Below, in pieces: positions 47,366 to 57,470 of a stretch of 64,000 nt of DNA. The position numbers and the translations under genes are program-made. This DNA is from Desulfatiglandales bacterium (GTDB lineage Bacteria > Desulfobacterota > DSM-4660 > Desulfatiglandales > Desulfatiglandaceae), in assembly GCA_963666345.1 (NCBI GenBank), contig OY762721.1, positions 1,760,001-1,824,000 on the forward strand. Direction: 5' to 3'. The notes under the pieces are model-generated. The model did no database searches, was not told the origin of the DNA, and was given only the letters and a program-made list of their open reading frames with translations. The number at the start of each line of letters is the position of its first letter. Position 1 is the stretch's first letter.

Positions 47366-48895
47366 CTCAACTTTCGGGATTGGGAGGAGTAGCATAAAAA
47401 AGGAGATAACTTATTGAAATAATGCATAAATAAGTTGAAGAGCCCAGTCTTTTGAATTATAGTGAGATTGTGAAAAAACACAATAATATCAAAAGGAAAG
47501 GGCTCATATGCAACATACAATGAATGTCTCCCAATCGCAAGATAAGATTCAAATAAACAGCCAAATTGACGCTTTTTTTAAGGTTTTCACCGTTGGCACC
47601 TTGCTTGACCGAGCCGGTATAAGAAAACGACATGGATACCGAGTTAGCTCTTTGATAAAGACGATATTCACACTGCCGTTCATCGGAAAGAACTTTTTCC
47701 GGGGCATCGTCATCAATGAAGATGTTGGGTTTGGTAAAGACGCCGCCTACGAAGTTTTAAAGTGCTCCAGATATAATTGGCGAAAACTGATCCTAATGCT
47801 GGCAGTAAAACTCCATAGATTCTTCACTGGCCTGACTAGTGAAGACAGACAAAGCGTACTCATTATTGATGACAGCACCTACGATAGATCCCGATCAAAG
47901 GTTGTTGAACTGCTCAGCCGGGTGAAAGATCATTCCACGGGCAGATATTTAGCGGGATTTAGGATGCTGACCATGTGCTGGTCCGACGGGGTAAGCTGTC
48001 TGCCGTTAGACTTTGCACTGCTGTCATCGAGCAACACCAAATCCCGGTTGCAGGATATCCGTAAATCCTTGGATAAACGCACATGTGGTTATCGTCGACG
48101 TGTTGAAGCGATGCAAAAAGCAACCGCTCATTTAGATGCCATGATCAAAAGGGCTTTAGCTGCCGGTATCAAAGCCAAGTATGTTCTTATGGACAGTTGG
48201 TTTGGCATGCCCGCAACCATTGCCAAAGTTGCATCAAATTTGGATGTAATCTGCATGGTTAAAAAGACCCCCAAGGTGCATTACAGCTATGGTGATAAAC
48301 GTATGGATGTGATGGCTATATACAAGACAGTTAAAAAACGTCGTGGGCGTGCCAAGATTAAAGCCAGTGTGCTTGTAGAACTTACCGATGGCATCCCTGC
48401 AAAGCTGGTCTTTGTCCGTGACAATCGCAAAACAGATTGGCTGGCTCTGTTGAGCACTGATGTATCGCTGGATGATGAACAGGTTGTACAGATCTACGGC
48501 AAACGCTGGGATATAGAGATTTTCTTTAAAATGGCCAAGCAGCATCTGAAGCTAGCTAAAGAGATCCACAGCAGAGACTATGACGCCCTTATCGCCCATA
48601 CCAGTATCGTGTTCATGCGGTATATGTTCCTTGCTTATCAGAACCGCAACAGCATCGATGATCGAACCTTTGGAGATATGTTCTATGCCTGCTGTGACGA
48701 GATCAAAGACATCAGTTTTATCCAGGCTCTTTACAGACTGCTCACTCTTGCAATGGCAAATGTACATAGTATGGGCACTGCTTGTGAGAAAACAGTCCAA
48801 ACATTTTTCGATAAAATCATCGCTGCAGCTCTTGATTGTGTGAAGTTGTCAAAGAACCAATTTATTACTCTAAATGCTTAAACCCGAAAGTTGAG
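47366..48895 (+). mobile_element. insertion sequence (IS4/IS701-like DDE), intact
   Basis: Perfect 13-bp TIR CTCAACTTTCGGG/CCCGAAAGTTGAG; 7-bp direct repeat TTAAAAA at 47359-47365 and 48896-48902. Confidence 0.92.
47508..48881 (+). CDS. DDE transposase
   Basis: IIDDS, MDSWF and Y.KRWDIE.FFK motifs. Confidence 0.93.
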   Translation: MQHTMNVSQSQDKIQINSQIDAFFKVFTVGTLLDRAGIRKRHGYRVSSLIKTIFTLPFIGKNFFRGIVINEDVGFGKDAAYEVLKCSRYNWRKLILMLAVKLHRFFTGLTSEDRQSVLIIDDSTYDRSRSKVVELLSRVKDHSTGRYLAGFRMLTMCWSDGVSCLPLDFALLSSSNTKSRLQDIRKSLDKRTCGYRRRVEAMQKATAHLDAMIKRALAAGIKAKYVLMDSWFGMPATIAKVASNLDVICMVKKTPKVHYSYGDKRMDVMAIYKTVKKRRGRAKIKASVLVELTDGIPAKLVFVRDNRKTDWLALLSTDVSLDDEQVVQIYGKRWDIEIFFKMAKQHLKLAKEIHSRDYDALIAHTSIVFMRYMFLAYQNRNSIDDRTFGDMFYACCDEIKDISFIQALYRLLTLAMANVHSMGTACEKTVQTFFDKIIAAALDCVKLSKNQFITLNA

Positions 48896-49046
48896 TTAAA
48901 AAGTATAAGGGCGGTTAGTTAAAAAACCCTGAGGCATCGCGGCCGACAACCGTCAACCAGGCGGAAATTGCAGGGGAAACTGGATCCGGAGACCGACTAA
49001 GGAAATCGCTGGAATTGGACTATCCACGGCCATATGCCGTGGTTTT

Positions 49047-49151
49047 TTATAACTCATTAAAATCAGACTTTTCGACAAGAACACCCAGCCTCTGTCCTGT
49101 TATGAGATTTTTAAGGGTTTCGAACAGTTGCCTGTCAGGCATTGAATTCAT
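49047..49151 (-). pseudogene. truncated N-terminus of a PNPO-like gene
   Basis: AAGGAG RBS then MNSMPDRQLFETLKNLITGQRLGVL, followed by unrelated sequence and a stop. Confidence 0.4.
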
Positions 49152-49457
49152 ACGGTTTCTCCTTTTATCCTGCAAACAGATCCTTTCAAAAAAGGTGATC
49201 GGGTCAATTAAGGTAAAATAAGCCGGGGGGGGTCTTATCATAAATAGAGGTATATATTGCTTTTTTTCCTGATAAATACTCTCCATTATTTGACTTTCAT
49301 ACATTTATGGCTTATATTTTGTTATTATACCTAGAATAAATTAGCCACCCTGGTTTATTGCAGGGGGGACGCCAACAATAGATATTCCTTAATAGGAAGC
49401 GGAGACCTTAAACCCTATCCGCCTGAGGCGGATTAGACATCAAAAAGGAGGATAATC

Positions 49458-49610
49458 ATGGCTGAAAAGGGATTTGTTTGGGTAAAAGACAAGGCCGGCA
49501 ATGAATTCGTATGTCATGTAGATGACTTAAAGGATCCGAAGAAAGTGAGCGAAGAAGACCTCAAGAATTGTATGGATGACGCAACCATGGGTATCAACAT
49601 AGGAGACTGA
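49458..49610 (+). CDS. 50-aa hypothetical small protein
   Basis: AAGGAGG RBS; MAEKGFVWVKDKAGNEFVCHVDDLKDPKKVSEEDLKNCMDDATMGINIGD; followed by a terminator. Confidence 0.8.
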   Translation: MAEKGFVWVKDKAGNEFVCHVDDLKDPKKVSEEDLKNCMDDATMGINIGD

Positions 49611-49640
49611 TAAAAACGAGATGAAAGACGATCCGATAGA

Positions 49641-49679
49641 AAAGGCCTCGGCAATAATAGATTGCCGAGGCCTTTTTTT
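49641..49679. terminator. bidirectional intrinsic terminator
   Basis: AAAAGGCCTCGGCAAT-AATAG-ATTGCCGAGGCCTTTTTT between convergent genes. Confidence 0.85.
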
Positions 49680-49689
49680 ATAGGATTGA

Positions 49690-50346
49690 TCAACCTACGG
49701 CCTCCCTGAAAGGCTCAAGCCCCACCCTCTCTATCATCTTTCCCAGTCTTTCGCCCTTTTTCGCATTATCCCTGTAACAGGCTATCACCTTATCAATTGC
49801 GCTCAGGGCCTCCTCGTCACTCAGATCACCTGCCAGCTCATCTGCGATACGGGGCTTGGCCCCAACATTACCGCCTATGACCAGGGTCCAGCCCTTCGGC
49901 TTTCCAAAAAGCCCCACATCCCTAACCCATGATTCCGCGCAGTTGAGATTGCATCCGGACACGGCGATCTTGAATTTGCCCGGAAGTTCGAGGCCATGGT
50001 AGACGGCGTCCAGCTTCATCCCCATTCCAAGGGCATCCTGCTGGCCTATCTTACAGAATGTCTTGCCGGGACAGGCCCTTACGCTCCTTACGCAGAGGCC
50101 GACGGCGGCGCCTTTCGGCATGGACAGATCTTCCCATACTCCTTCTATATCCTCTTCTTTCAGCCCCACAATGGCGATACGCGTTGCACCTGTAATCTTA
50201 AGGGCCTTTGCCTCATACTTTTCCGCCACATCGGCTATCTTTCTCAGAAGATCAGGGGTAACCAACCCGCATGGAATGTGCGGCGCAATTGCATAGGTCT
50301 CCTTGTCCCTCTGGATTATCGCACCTTTTTCTCCAAGTTTAAGCAT
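49690..50346 (-). CDS. small nitrite/sulfite reductase 4Fe-4S/siroheme-domain protein
   Basis: RSVRACPG..FC and PGKFKIAVSGC.LNC. Confidence 0.88.
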   Translation of the reverse strand: MLKLGEKGAIIQRDKETYAIAPHIPCGLVTPDLLRKIADVAEKYEAKALKITGATRIAIVGLKEEDIEGVWEDLSMPKGAAVGLCVRSVRACPGKTFCKIGQQDALGMGMKLDAVYHGLELPGKFKIAVSGCNLNCAESWVRDVGLFGKPKGWTLVIGGNVGAKPRIADELAGDLSDEEALSAIDKVIACYRDNAKKGERLGKMIERVGLEPFREAVG

Positions 50347-50550
50347 AGCATTTTCCCTCCCTTAATTTTTATGTTATATTTGCTGTGTTAAAAGTTTGAT
50401 TTTATGGTATTATTGAGAATATGCTCATTTTAATAACAAGATACTTATAAACAAAAGTTTAAGTAAACCATCCCGCAGAGTCAAGAAAGGACGGGGATCA
50501 GGAGTATCCGAAGGTCATATCCATTAATAATTTACCAGGAAACCGTTAAA

Positions 50551-51645
50551 ATGGACATCGTCAATTCCCCTGAGATGATTGAAAAGATCCTGTCCAGCGT
50601 AAGGAACGTCGTAATACTGACCGACCTTAAAGGAGACATCCTTTACGCCAATCCCGCCTCGGAACCCATTTTGGGTTATTTTCACGATGAACTGTTGGGA
50701 AAAGAGCTTTCCTGTATTTTTTCACCGGAAGATCTCACCTATCTATATCCTAATCTGCTTTATCTTGCACAGAGGGATGAAAGTTTTGAGGGAGAAATAA
50801 TGCTCCTTAGAAAGGACGGCGTACGTTTTTTTGCTTCCGTCCTTTTTCGAAGTGTCACCGAAAGCGGGTGCGGAAAAACCATGGGCCTCTTTTCCATACA
50901 GGATATTGACAGGGAAAAGCAGCTTGAAAGAGCGGTCAGCGGCATCCATTACGAAGACCTGATAAGGGTAGCAAGCGGGGTAGCCCACGAACTCAGAAAC
51001 CCCCTTGTCGGCATAGGCGGATTCGCGAACCGTCTTTATAAATCATGCAAGCCGGGGGACGAACATGACAGATACTATGGACACATTATAGCCAATGTCA
51101 TGAAGATCGAGGAACTGGTTAAAAAAATCGAGTTCTTCGCAAGTCTTCCCAGACCTTATTTTACCGAGGAATCTATTAGAGAGCTGATTGAAAAGGCGAT
51201 GCAGCCCTTTTTTCATGACATGCTCAAGAGGAACATAAAGCTTACCATAGACCTTGAAGAACTCGTATTATTTTTAGATCGGGATCTGATCATAAGGGTC
51301 TTTTCCATACTGACGGGGAACGCCCTGGACGCTATGGTAAAAGGGGGAAGCATAAAGATACAGAGTGAAACGCAAAACAAACAACTAAAGATATTTTACG
51401 TAGATACCGGCTCAGGGATCGCTCCTGAAAATATGGGCTATGTATTCAATCCCTTCTTCAGTACAAAGGCGGACGGAGTCGGCATAGATCTGGCCACGGC
51501 CAAACTTATTATGGATAGCCACGGAGGACATATAGGGGTATCATCCACAAAAGAAAAGGGTACGACTTTCATGCTGACATTGCCTCTTGAACGACGCCGC
51601 TCGATCCGCATGTTCAAATTTGAGGACAAAAAAGACTCAAAATAA
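50551..51645 (+). CDS. PAS-domain sensor histidine kinase
   Basis: PAS domain, VAHELRNPL, DTGSGI and PFFSTK. Confidence 0.92.
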   Translation: MDIVNSPEMIEKILSSVRNVVILTDLKGDILYANPASEPILGYFHDELLGKELSCIFSPEDLTYLYPNLLYLAQRDESFEGEIMLLRKDGVRFFASVLFRSVTESGCGKTMGLFSIQDIDREKQLERAVSGIHYEDLIRVASGVAHELRNPLVGIGGFANRLYKSCKPGDEHDRYYGHIIANVMKIEELVKKIEFFASLPRPYFTEESIRELIEKAMQPFFHDMLKRNIKLTIDLEELVLFLDRDLIIRVFSILTGNALDAMVKGGSIKIQSETQNKQLKIFYVDTGSGIAPENMGYVFNPFFSTKADGVGIDLATAKLIMDSHGGHIGVSSTKEKGTTFMLTLPLERRRSIRMFKFEDKKDSK

Positions 51646-51801
51646 ATCGACCGGATGTACGGCATGGAAATATAAACCGGAAGATCCATGATAATATAAG
51701 CGATTAAATTTCATTAACATTCAACCTAATGTTTGGCGTTTCAATTCTGATAGCCATATAGATTGCCTAATCCTAATATTTTCAGGACCATATAGACCGT
51801 C

Positions 51802-52908
51802 ATGGCCAAACGATCTAAAATAAAAATTGCGATTGCCGGAGTAGGAAACTGTGCCACTTCACTTATTCAGGGCATTGATCATTACAGGGAAATGGGGCAC
51901 GACAGCGGTACCTGCGGCCTTATGAATTATGATATAGGAGGATACACACCGGGTGATATCGAAATTGTCGCGGCTTTTGACATAGACAAAAGAAAAGTCG
52001 GCAAGACTTTGGACCGGGCCATAAAGGCGCCTCCTAATTGTGCAAAACCCATAAAGAAAAAGATCTCCAGGATAGACACGATCGTCAGGATGGGTCATGT
52101 TCTGGACGGGGTCTCCGAACATATGAAAAATTACCCTCCTGATCAGACATTTCTTGTTTCGGACAAAAGGCCGGTTGATGTCGTGGAGGAACTGAAAAAA
52201 AGCGGCACTGAGATCCTGATGATATATCTGCCGGTTGGATCGGAAAATGCCGTAGAATTCTATGCGCAATGCTGCCTTTCCGCCGGGGTAAGCCTGATAA
52301 ACTGCATCCCGGTCTTCATAGTATCTTCTTCCAGGTGGGCAGGGAAGTTTGAACAAAAAGGTATCCCCTGCATAGGAGACGATGTAAAGTCCCAGATAGG
52401 AGCCACGATTATCCACCGTAACCTGGCCAGGCTCTTCAATGACCGGGGGGTAAAGCTGGACAGGACCTACCAGCTTAACACCGGTGGGAATACCGATTTT
52501 CTGAACATGCTCAACAGGCAGCGGCTGCTTTCAAAAAAGACCTCGAAGACCGAATCGGTCCAGTCGCAACTGGATGTCCCCCTTGAAGACGATAATATAC
52601 ATATAGGGCCCTCAGATTATGTCCCATGGCAGAAAGACAACAAGGTCTGCTTTCTTCGAATGGAGGGACGGGGATTCGGCGGTTTTAATCTTGATCTGGA
52701 ACTCAGGCTCTCCGTTGAAGATTCTCCCAACAGCGGAGGGGTTACCATTGATGCGATAAGATGCTGCCGCCTCGCCAGGGATCGGAACATAGGAGGCGCC
52801 TTGACCAGCATCTCCGCCTATACCATGAAACATCCCCCCAGACAATACAGAGACAGCAAGGCAAAAGAGCTCGTAAATAAATTCATAAAGGGCTCCATCA
52901 AGCGCTGA
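51802..52908 (+). CDS. ino1: inositol-3-phosphate synthase
   Basis: GVGNCA, YLPVGS, GDDVKSQIGAT, YQLN.GGN.DF and DSPNS. Confidence 0.95.
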   Translation: MAKRSKIKIAIAGVGNCATSLIQGIDHYREMGHDSGTCGLMNYDIGGYTPGDIEIVAAFDIDKRKVGKTLDRAIKAPPNCAKPIKKKISRIDTIVRMGHVLDGVSEHMKNYPPDQTFLVSDKRPVDVVEELKKSGTEILMIYLPVGSENAVEFYAQCCLSAGVSLINCIPVFIVSSSRWAGKFEQKGIPCIGDDVKSQIGATIIHRNLARLFNDRGVKLDRTYQLNTGGNTDFLNMLNRQRLLSKKTSKTESVQSQLDVPLEDDNIHIGPSDYVPWQKDNKVCFLRMEGRGFGGFNLDLELRLSVEDSPNSGGVTIDAIRCCRLARDRNIGGALTSISAYTMKHPPRQYRDSKAKELVNKFIKGSIKR

Positions 52909-52992
52909 GTTTTCAGGACAGGGTCATCTTCCGGGTTAGTCTTAAACAGTAGTGAACAAGGGGTTTTTTGGCTTAATAGTTGTAAAACCCAT

Positions 52993-53240
52993 AGGGTTCA
53001 AGGGTTTGTTTTCTAAAGACTTTATCAGTGTTTTTGACTATTTATTGAGCTCTGCGTACCTTATGTCATTTGAGAATTTTTCATCCATTCTATATACCTG
53101 AAAAAAGTTCGTAGAATTTCTGCAAAAGCTTTAAATTTTTGTAATGCTTTAGGGGTTTTATCCGCCGTTTCAATGGAGCGCTTGAATCCTGGAATCCTCG
53201 ACCCCTTGAATCCTTGAGATCACTTCTACAACTAAGTTGG
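52993..53240 (-). mobile_element. four-helix-bundle-derived miniature element (long class)
   Basis: Homologous to 18680-18924; degenerate LKHYKNLK...KTLIKSLENKPLNP. Confidence 0.7.
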
Positions 53241-53318
53241 AAGGCAAGGTCAGGATAGATATAACTTCATAAGGCCGGCCCAAAGCGTCGGTTTATTTTT
53301 CGGTTCCTTCGGCGAAAA

Positions 53319-53909
53319 ATGCTAAGAAGACTAATAGGAAATAGGATAGAAAGGATCCTCGGCTTCCTTGGCGCCGGCCTTGATCGGAAAGGGATAACCC
53401 CCAATCAACTGACATTCAGCGGACTTGCCGTCAATCTCGCAGGGGCCTTCTTTTACTTCAGGGGGTTTATCGTATTGGGAGGTTTTATCATACTTTTCGG
53501 CGGTCTCTTTGATATGCTCGACGGAGCGGTCGCGCGATCAGCCGAAAAGGCATCAAAGACGGGGGCTTTTCTCGATTCCGTTGTGGATCGCTATTCAGAC
53601 TTCGTAATCTTCGGTGGAATTCTCCTCTTTTACGCAGCGGACGGCGACCTTAACGGCACGATAATTTCCCTTTTCATTATATCAGGTTCGTTCCTGGTAA
53701 GTTATACAAGGGCAAGGGCTGAACTTGTGATACCAAAATGCGATGTCGGACTTATGGAAAGGCCTGAAAGGATAATCCTCCTGTCGGCAGGCTCGATTCT
53801 TGGCTTCTTCTATCTTGCGCTCTGGCTTCTCGCTGTCCTGACACATCTAACTGCGATTTATCGAATCCTGCACACCCTGAGGACCATAAAAGGCTTGAAG
53901 AAAAGATAA
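53319..53909 (+). CDS. CDP-alcohol phosphatidyltransferase (PIP-synthase-like)
   Basis: TPNQLT, DMLDGAVAR...GAFLDSVVDRYSD, SYTRARAE and GLMERPER. Confidence 0.92.
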   Translation: MLRRLIGNRIERILGFLGAGLDRKGITPNQLTFSGLAVNLAGAFFYFRGFIVLGGFIILFGGLFDMLDGAVARSAEKASKTGAFLDSVVDRYSDFVIFGGILLFYAADGDLNGTIISLFIISGSFLVSYTRARAELVIPKCDVGLMERPERIILLSAGSILGFFYLALWLLAVLTHLTAIYRILHTLRTIKGLKKR

Positions 53910-53919
53910 TACCGACCTC

Positions 53920-54936
53920 TTAAATTGGATAAGCTGTTGATTTTGAAGTCTTGGCCGGTTCGTCTGAAGGCCCGGCAGGGCCGCCTTTATCAAAAGGCCC
54001 AGTCAAACTGAAATCGGGCAGAAAATCACGGGACCTGACTTCCTCTGTTGTCTCTTTATCGGGGAACTGAACGTAAAGATTTTCAAATCCCAGCTCCATC
54101 GCGTGGTTGTAGACCTGGTAAAATTCAGAGGCATAAACGGTTCGATTAAGGTCCTTTTCTCTGTTTTTTACGACAGGGCGGTATTGAGACATAATGCTTA
54201 AAGGAAGCCCTTTTCCAAACTCCAGGAACAGGCAATTAAGGGCGTTTATCGAATTGGCTACCTTTCCCGGAAGGATGAGGTGTCTTACCAGGACACCCCT
54301 TGAGGCGGTAGATGAATCCGGCAGAACATCCATGAATCCTTTCTGATTAACCATTTCCGAGATTGCGTCAAGTGCCGTGCCCGGATAATCCCCTGCGCCT
54401 GAAAGCCTTTCAGCAAGAAGGGAATCGGAATATTTAAAATCGGGCAGATAGATATCAACATGGTCGGCGGACATCCTCAGCATTTGAGTGGATTGATAGC
54501 CCGACACATTAAATATAACGGGGATATCGGTCCGTTTCTCCTTAAAAAGGGAGATTGTCATAAATATATGAGGAAGGAAGTGATCAGGCGTGACAAAATT
54601 AATGTTGTGAACCTTTTGATCATTCACAAGCGAGTCTAATTCCAGGGCCAGTTTTTGGGCATCGGTCTTTCTTCCCAGCCCCTGCCTGGAGATCTGATGG
54701 TTCTGGCAATATGAGCACCTAAGGGAACAGCCTGATAAAAAGACCGTTCCTGATCCGTTTTCCCCTGTAAGAGGTGGTTCCTCTCCGAAGTGAGGCCCCA
54801 CGTAACCCACCCTCATCTCATCTCGCTCAACGCAGAAGCCTTTTTCACCTCTAATCCTGTTGACCCCGCACCTTCTAGGGCAGAGCCTGCACTTCTCATA
54901 TAATGATAACAGCCCTTTTTGTATCTCTGTTTCCAA
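53920..54936 (-). CDS. radical SAM protein, PflX family
   Basis: CRLCPRRC, HFGEEP, CSLRCSYCQN, DIYLPDFKY and VRHLILPG. Confidence 0.9.
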   Translation of the reverse strand: METEIQKGLLSLYEKCRLCPRRCGVNRIRGEKGFCVERDEMRVGYVGPHFGEEPPLTGENGSGTVFLSGCSLRCSYCQNHQISRQGLGRKTDAQKLALELDSLVNDQKVHNINFVTPDHFLPHIFMTISLFKEKRTDIPVIFNVSGYQSTQMLRMSADHVDIYLPDFKYSDSLLAERLSGAGDYPGTALDAISEMVNQKGFMDVLPDSSTASRGVLVRHLILPGKVANSINALNCLFLEFGKGLPLSIMSQYRPVVKNREKDLNRTVYASEFYQVYNHAMELGFENLYVQFPDKETTEEVRSRDFLPDFSLTGPFDKGGPAGPSDEPAKTSKSTAYPI

Positions 54937-55114
54937 TACCGCTTGATAGCCTCCTTGTAATCTACTTTCAAAATAAAAGGATTGTAAAAGCAGGTCAGGT
55001 TAACCCACCTCAAGTTTGACGATATCACATAACCGGGCAACCCGCCAGTTTTTCACGGGAAGGCCCGCCTGAAACAAGACCTTGACTTGAAGGCAACGGC
55101 CTCTTTATAATTTT

Positions 55115-55200
55115 TGGATCTTTTCCCGATTAGTCGGTCAATCAGCATATCTTTATTTGCACGGTGCGGCATATCAGGATTCGAGAGGGACCAAGGGCCC
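55115..55200. repeat. family W repeat
   Basis: Homologous to 32205-32288. Confidence 0.7.
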
Positions 55201-55298
55201 GAGCGAAAAACAAAGAAAAATTCAAGATCTGATTTTCAGACGATAAAATATGTGCACACAGGCAAAAGGAGATTCGATGTAGCAGTAATAACATATCT

Positions 55299-55445
55299 GC
55301 CCATCCGGAAATTGCTCATTTCCGGATACTGCTTTCAGCCGTCAGTTATCAGCAAGTAGCAAATAAGTTGATACTCCGAATGATTTGCCGACAGCTGAGA
55401 GCCGATTGCTGATAGCGCTCATCCGTGAACCTCCTTGATGAACAT
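55299..55445. repeat. family X copy
   Basis: GCCCATCCGGAAAT..ATTTCCGGAT..TTCAGCCGTCAG..GCTGAGAGC.GATTGCTGATAGCG, as in 2799-2950. Confidence 0.75.
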
Positions 55446-55467
55446 CGGGTATTAAAGGCCACAATCC

Positions 55468-56697
55468 ATGCCGATATTTCCACCAAACACAATGAACATT
55501 AAGCTCCCCAAAATGGTAAAGGTGCGGCAGCATTTCCGTTGCGAACAGCTTCAGGACATTGAAACGCATCTGTTTGAGGAGCTCAAAAGAGAAGAAATCA
55601 GCAAGACGGTTTTACCGGGCAGCAAAGTCGCCCTGTGCGTGGGCAGCAGAGGCATAAACAACATAGTGGAAATCACTAGATGCATTGGGGATTTTCTCAA
55701 GGAACTTGGTGCAGGGCCATTTGTCGTCCCTTCAATGGGCAGCCATGGAGGCGCCACGGCCGAAGGACAGAAGGCGGTCTTAAAGGGACTTGGGATAACC
55801 GAAGAAAGCGTAAAAATGCCTATCCATTCATCCATGGAGGTTGTTCAGATAGGAATATTTTCCGGCAGGATCCCCGTGTTCATGGACAGGATTGCATATG
55901 AGGCGGACGCCGTAATCCCGATAGCCAGGATCAAGCCTCACACAGGGTTCAGGGGGAAAGTTGAAAGCGGATTGTGCAAAATGATGGCTATCGGCCTTGG
56001 TAAACATGAAGGCAGCTCCAGACTGCATCATGAAGGGTATGAAAATTTCGCCCGGATTATCCCTGGAATCGCAAAAATCTTCATAGAAAAGGCCGACATC
56101 TCCTTCGGGGTTGCCATACTTGAAAATGCATACGACGGCACTGCATTTATAAGGGCCATACCGGCCGCGGACATAACAGAGGAAGAGCCGAAGCTTCTCG
56201 GAAAATCGATTGAAATGCTCCCGAGGATTCAGATCCCGGAAATAGACGTCCTTGTCATAGAACAAATAGGCAAGGATATCAGCGGCACCGGCATGGACCT
56301 GAATGTAATCGACAGGGCTTCGCAGGGAAGACTGCCGGGCTACAGCACCGCAAGTATAGACAAAATAGTGGTGCTGGATCTTTCCGCGGGAGCCCGGGGA
56401 AACGCATGCGGGATAGGGGTAGCCGACTTCACGACAAAAAGTGCCTTTAAAAAAATAGACCTGGAAAAGACCTATACCAACACCCTGACATCCACGAACA
56501 CCCTTGGTGGAAAGATTCCGATAATAATGGAGGATAAGCGGGAAGCGATAATTGCGGCCATAAAATGCTGTCACGGAATTGACGAAAATAACGCCAGGAT
56601 AGTAAAGATCCCGGACACCATGCATCTTGACCTGTTAGAGGCCTCTGAAAATCTGAAGGTTATTATAAGAGACACCCCGGGGATGGAAGTACTTTGA
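55468..56697 (+). CDS. lactate racemase-like domain protein (LarA superfamily)
   Basis: VGSRGI, PSMGSHGGATAEGQ, RIKPHT, GKDISGTGMD and GNACGIG. Confidence 0.82.
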   Translation: MPIFPPNTMNIKLPKMVKVRQHFRCEQLQDIETHLFEELKREEISKTVLPGSKVALCVGSRGINNIVEITRCIGDFLKELGAGPFVVPSMGSHGGATAEGQKAVLKGLGITEESVKMPIHSSMEVVQIGIFSGRIPVFMDRIAYEADAVIPIARIKPHTGFRGKVESGLCKMMAIGLGKHEGSSRLHHEGYENFARIIPGIAKIFIEKADISFGVAILENAYDGTAFIRAIPAADITEEEPKLLGKSIEMLPRIQIPEIDVLVIEQIGKDISGTGMDLNVIDRASQGRLPGYSTASIDKIVVLDLSAGARGNACGIGVADFTTKSAFKKIDLEKTYTNTLTSTNTLGGKIPIIMEDKREAIIAAIKCCHGIDENNARIVKIPDTMHLDLLEASENLKVIIRDTPGMEVL

Positions 56698-56748
56698 TGA
56701 TATCGCGGTTTCGTGTCAATACCGCCTGGAAAGATCAGCAGTCACCCC

Positions 56749-57363
56749 CTATTTGAAATTATACTCGTGCCTCCCCCCCTTTTTTATCTCCACCCTGGCC
56801 TTGAGTTTTTCATATCCCCTCGACTTGTTTTCCAGCTCCCATACACCGTTTTCAAGGCCGGACAATTCATAGTATCCGGCCTCGTCTGTCTTTGTCTTCT
56901 TCTTTCCCAGACCTTTACACCATGCCCTTACCACGGCTCCCCTTATGGGATCTCCGGAGTCGGTATCGATAACCACACCGAAGATTACGCCCCTTTCAGA
57001 CACGCCGTCCAGTTCATCCTCCACCTCTTTATCAGGATGGCGTATCTTGCAGTTGCCCTCAAATACGACCCCGTCATCTATTACCACCGAAGGAGACTGA
57101 AGATCTCCCATGACCCTCGCGGGCACGTGGATCTCTATGCGCTGGTCCGCGGTAATCTTTCCCTTTATTTCCCCGCTGATAATAACGGAGGAGGCCCTTA
57201 CATCAGACTCCAGATAGCCCGTATCACCCACTATCAATGTGCCGCTTCCGAGGATCTCACCGAAGAACTGCCCGTCGATCCTTATGGTGTCATAAAACTT
57301 CAACCTTCCCTCAAATCTGGCATCTTTACCCAGATAGGCGACGCCTTTTTCCTTCTTAGCCAT
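56749..57363 (-). CDS. bactofilin (polymer-forming cytoskeletal) fused to a carboxypeptidase-regulatory-like domain
   Basis: N-half FEGRL..IRIDG..GVVFEGNC; C-half GVVID..SGDPIRGAVV...TDEAGYYELSGL. Confidence 0.82.
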   Translation of the reverse strand: MAKKEKGVAYLGKDARFEGRLKFYDTIRIDGQFFGEILGSGTLIVGDTGYLESDVRASSVIISGEIKGKITADQRIEIHVPARVMGDLQSPSVVIDDGVVFEGNCKIRHPDKEVEDELDGVSERGVIFGVVIDTDSGDPIRGAVVRAWCKGLGKKKTKTDEAGYYELSGLENGVWELENKSRGYEKLKARVEIKKGGRHEYNFK

Positions 57364-57470
57364 AATCTATAACCCCTGCCTTAAAGCGGAATTAAACCTT
57401 TTGTCTGATTACCGATACACAAGAAGAGATATCTACCTCAATTTTTTTATCACTTCAACACACTTGTTAT

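Noticed and set aside
34692..56697. larC plus LarA-like gene as a nickel-pincer system
   Set aside because: They are ~20 kb apart, and larB/larE are not in the window; no evidence of linkage.
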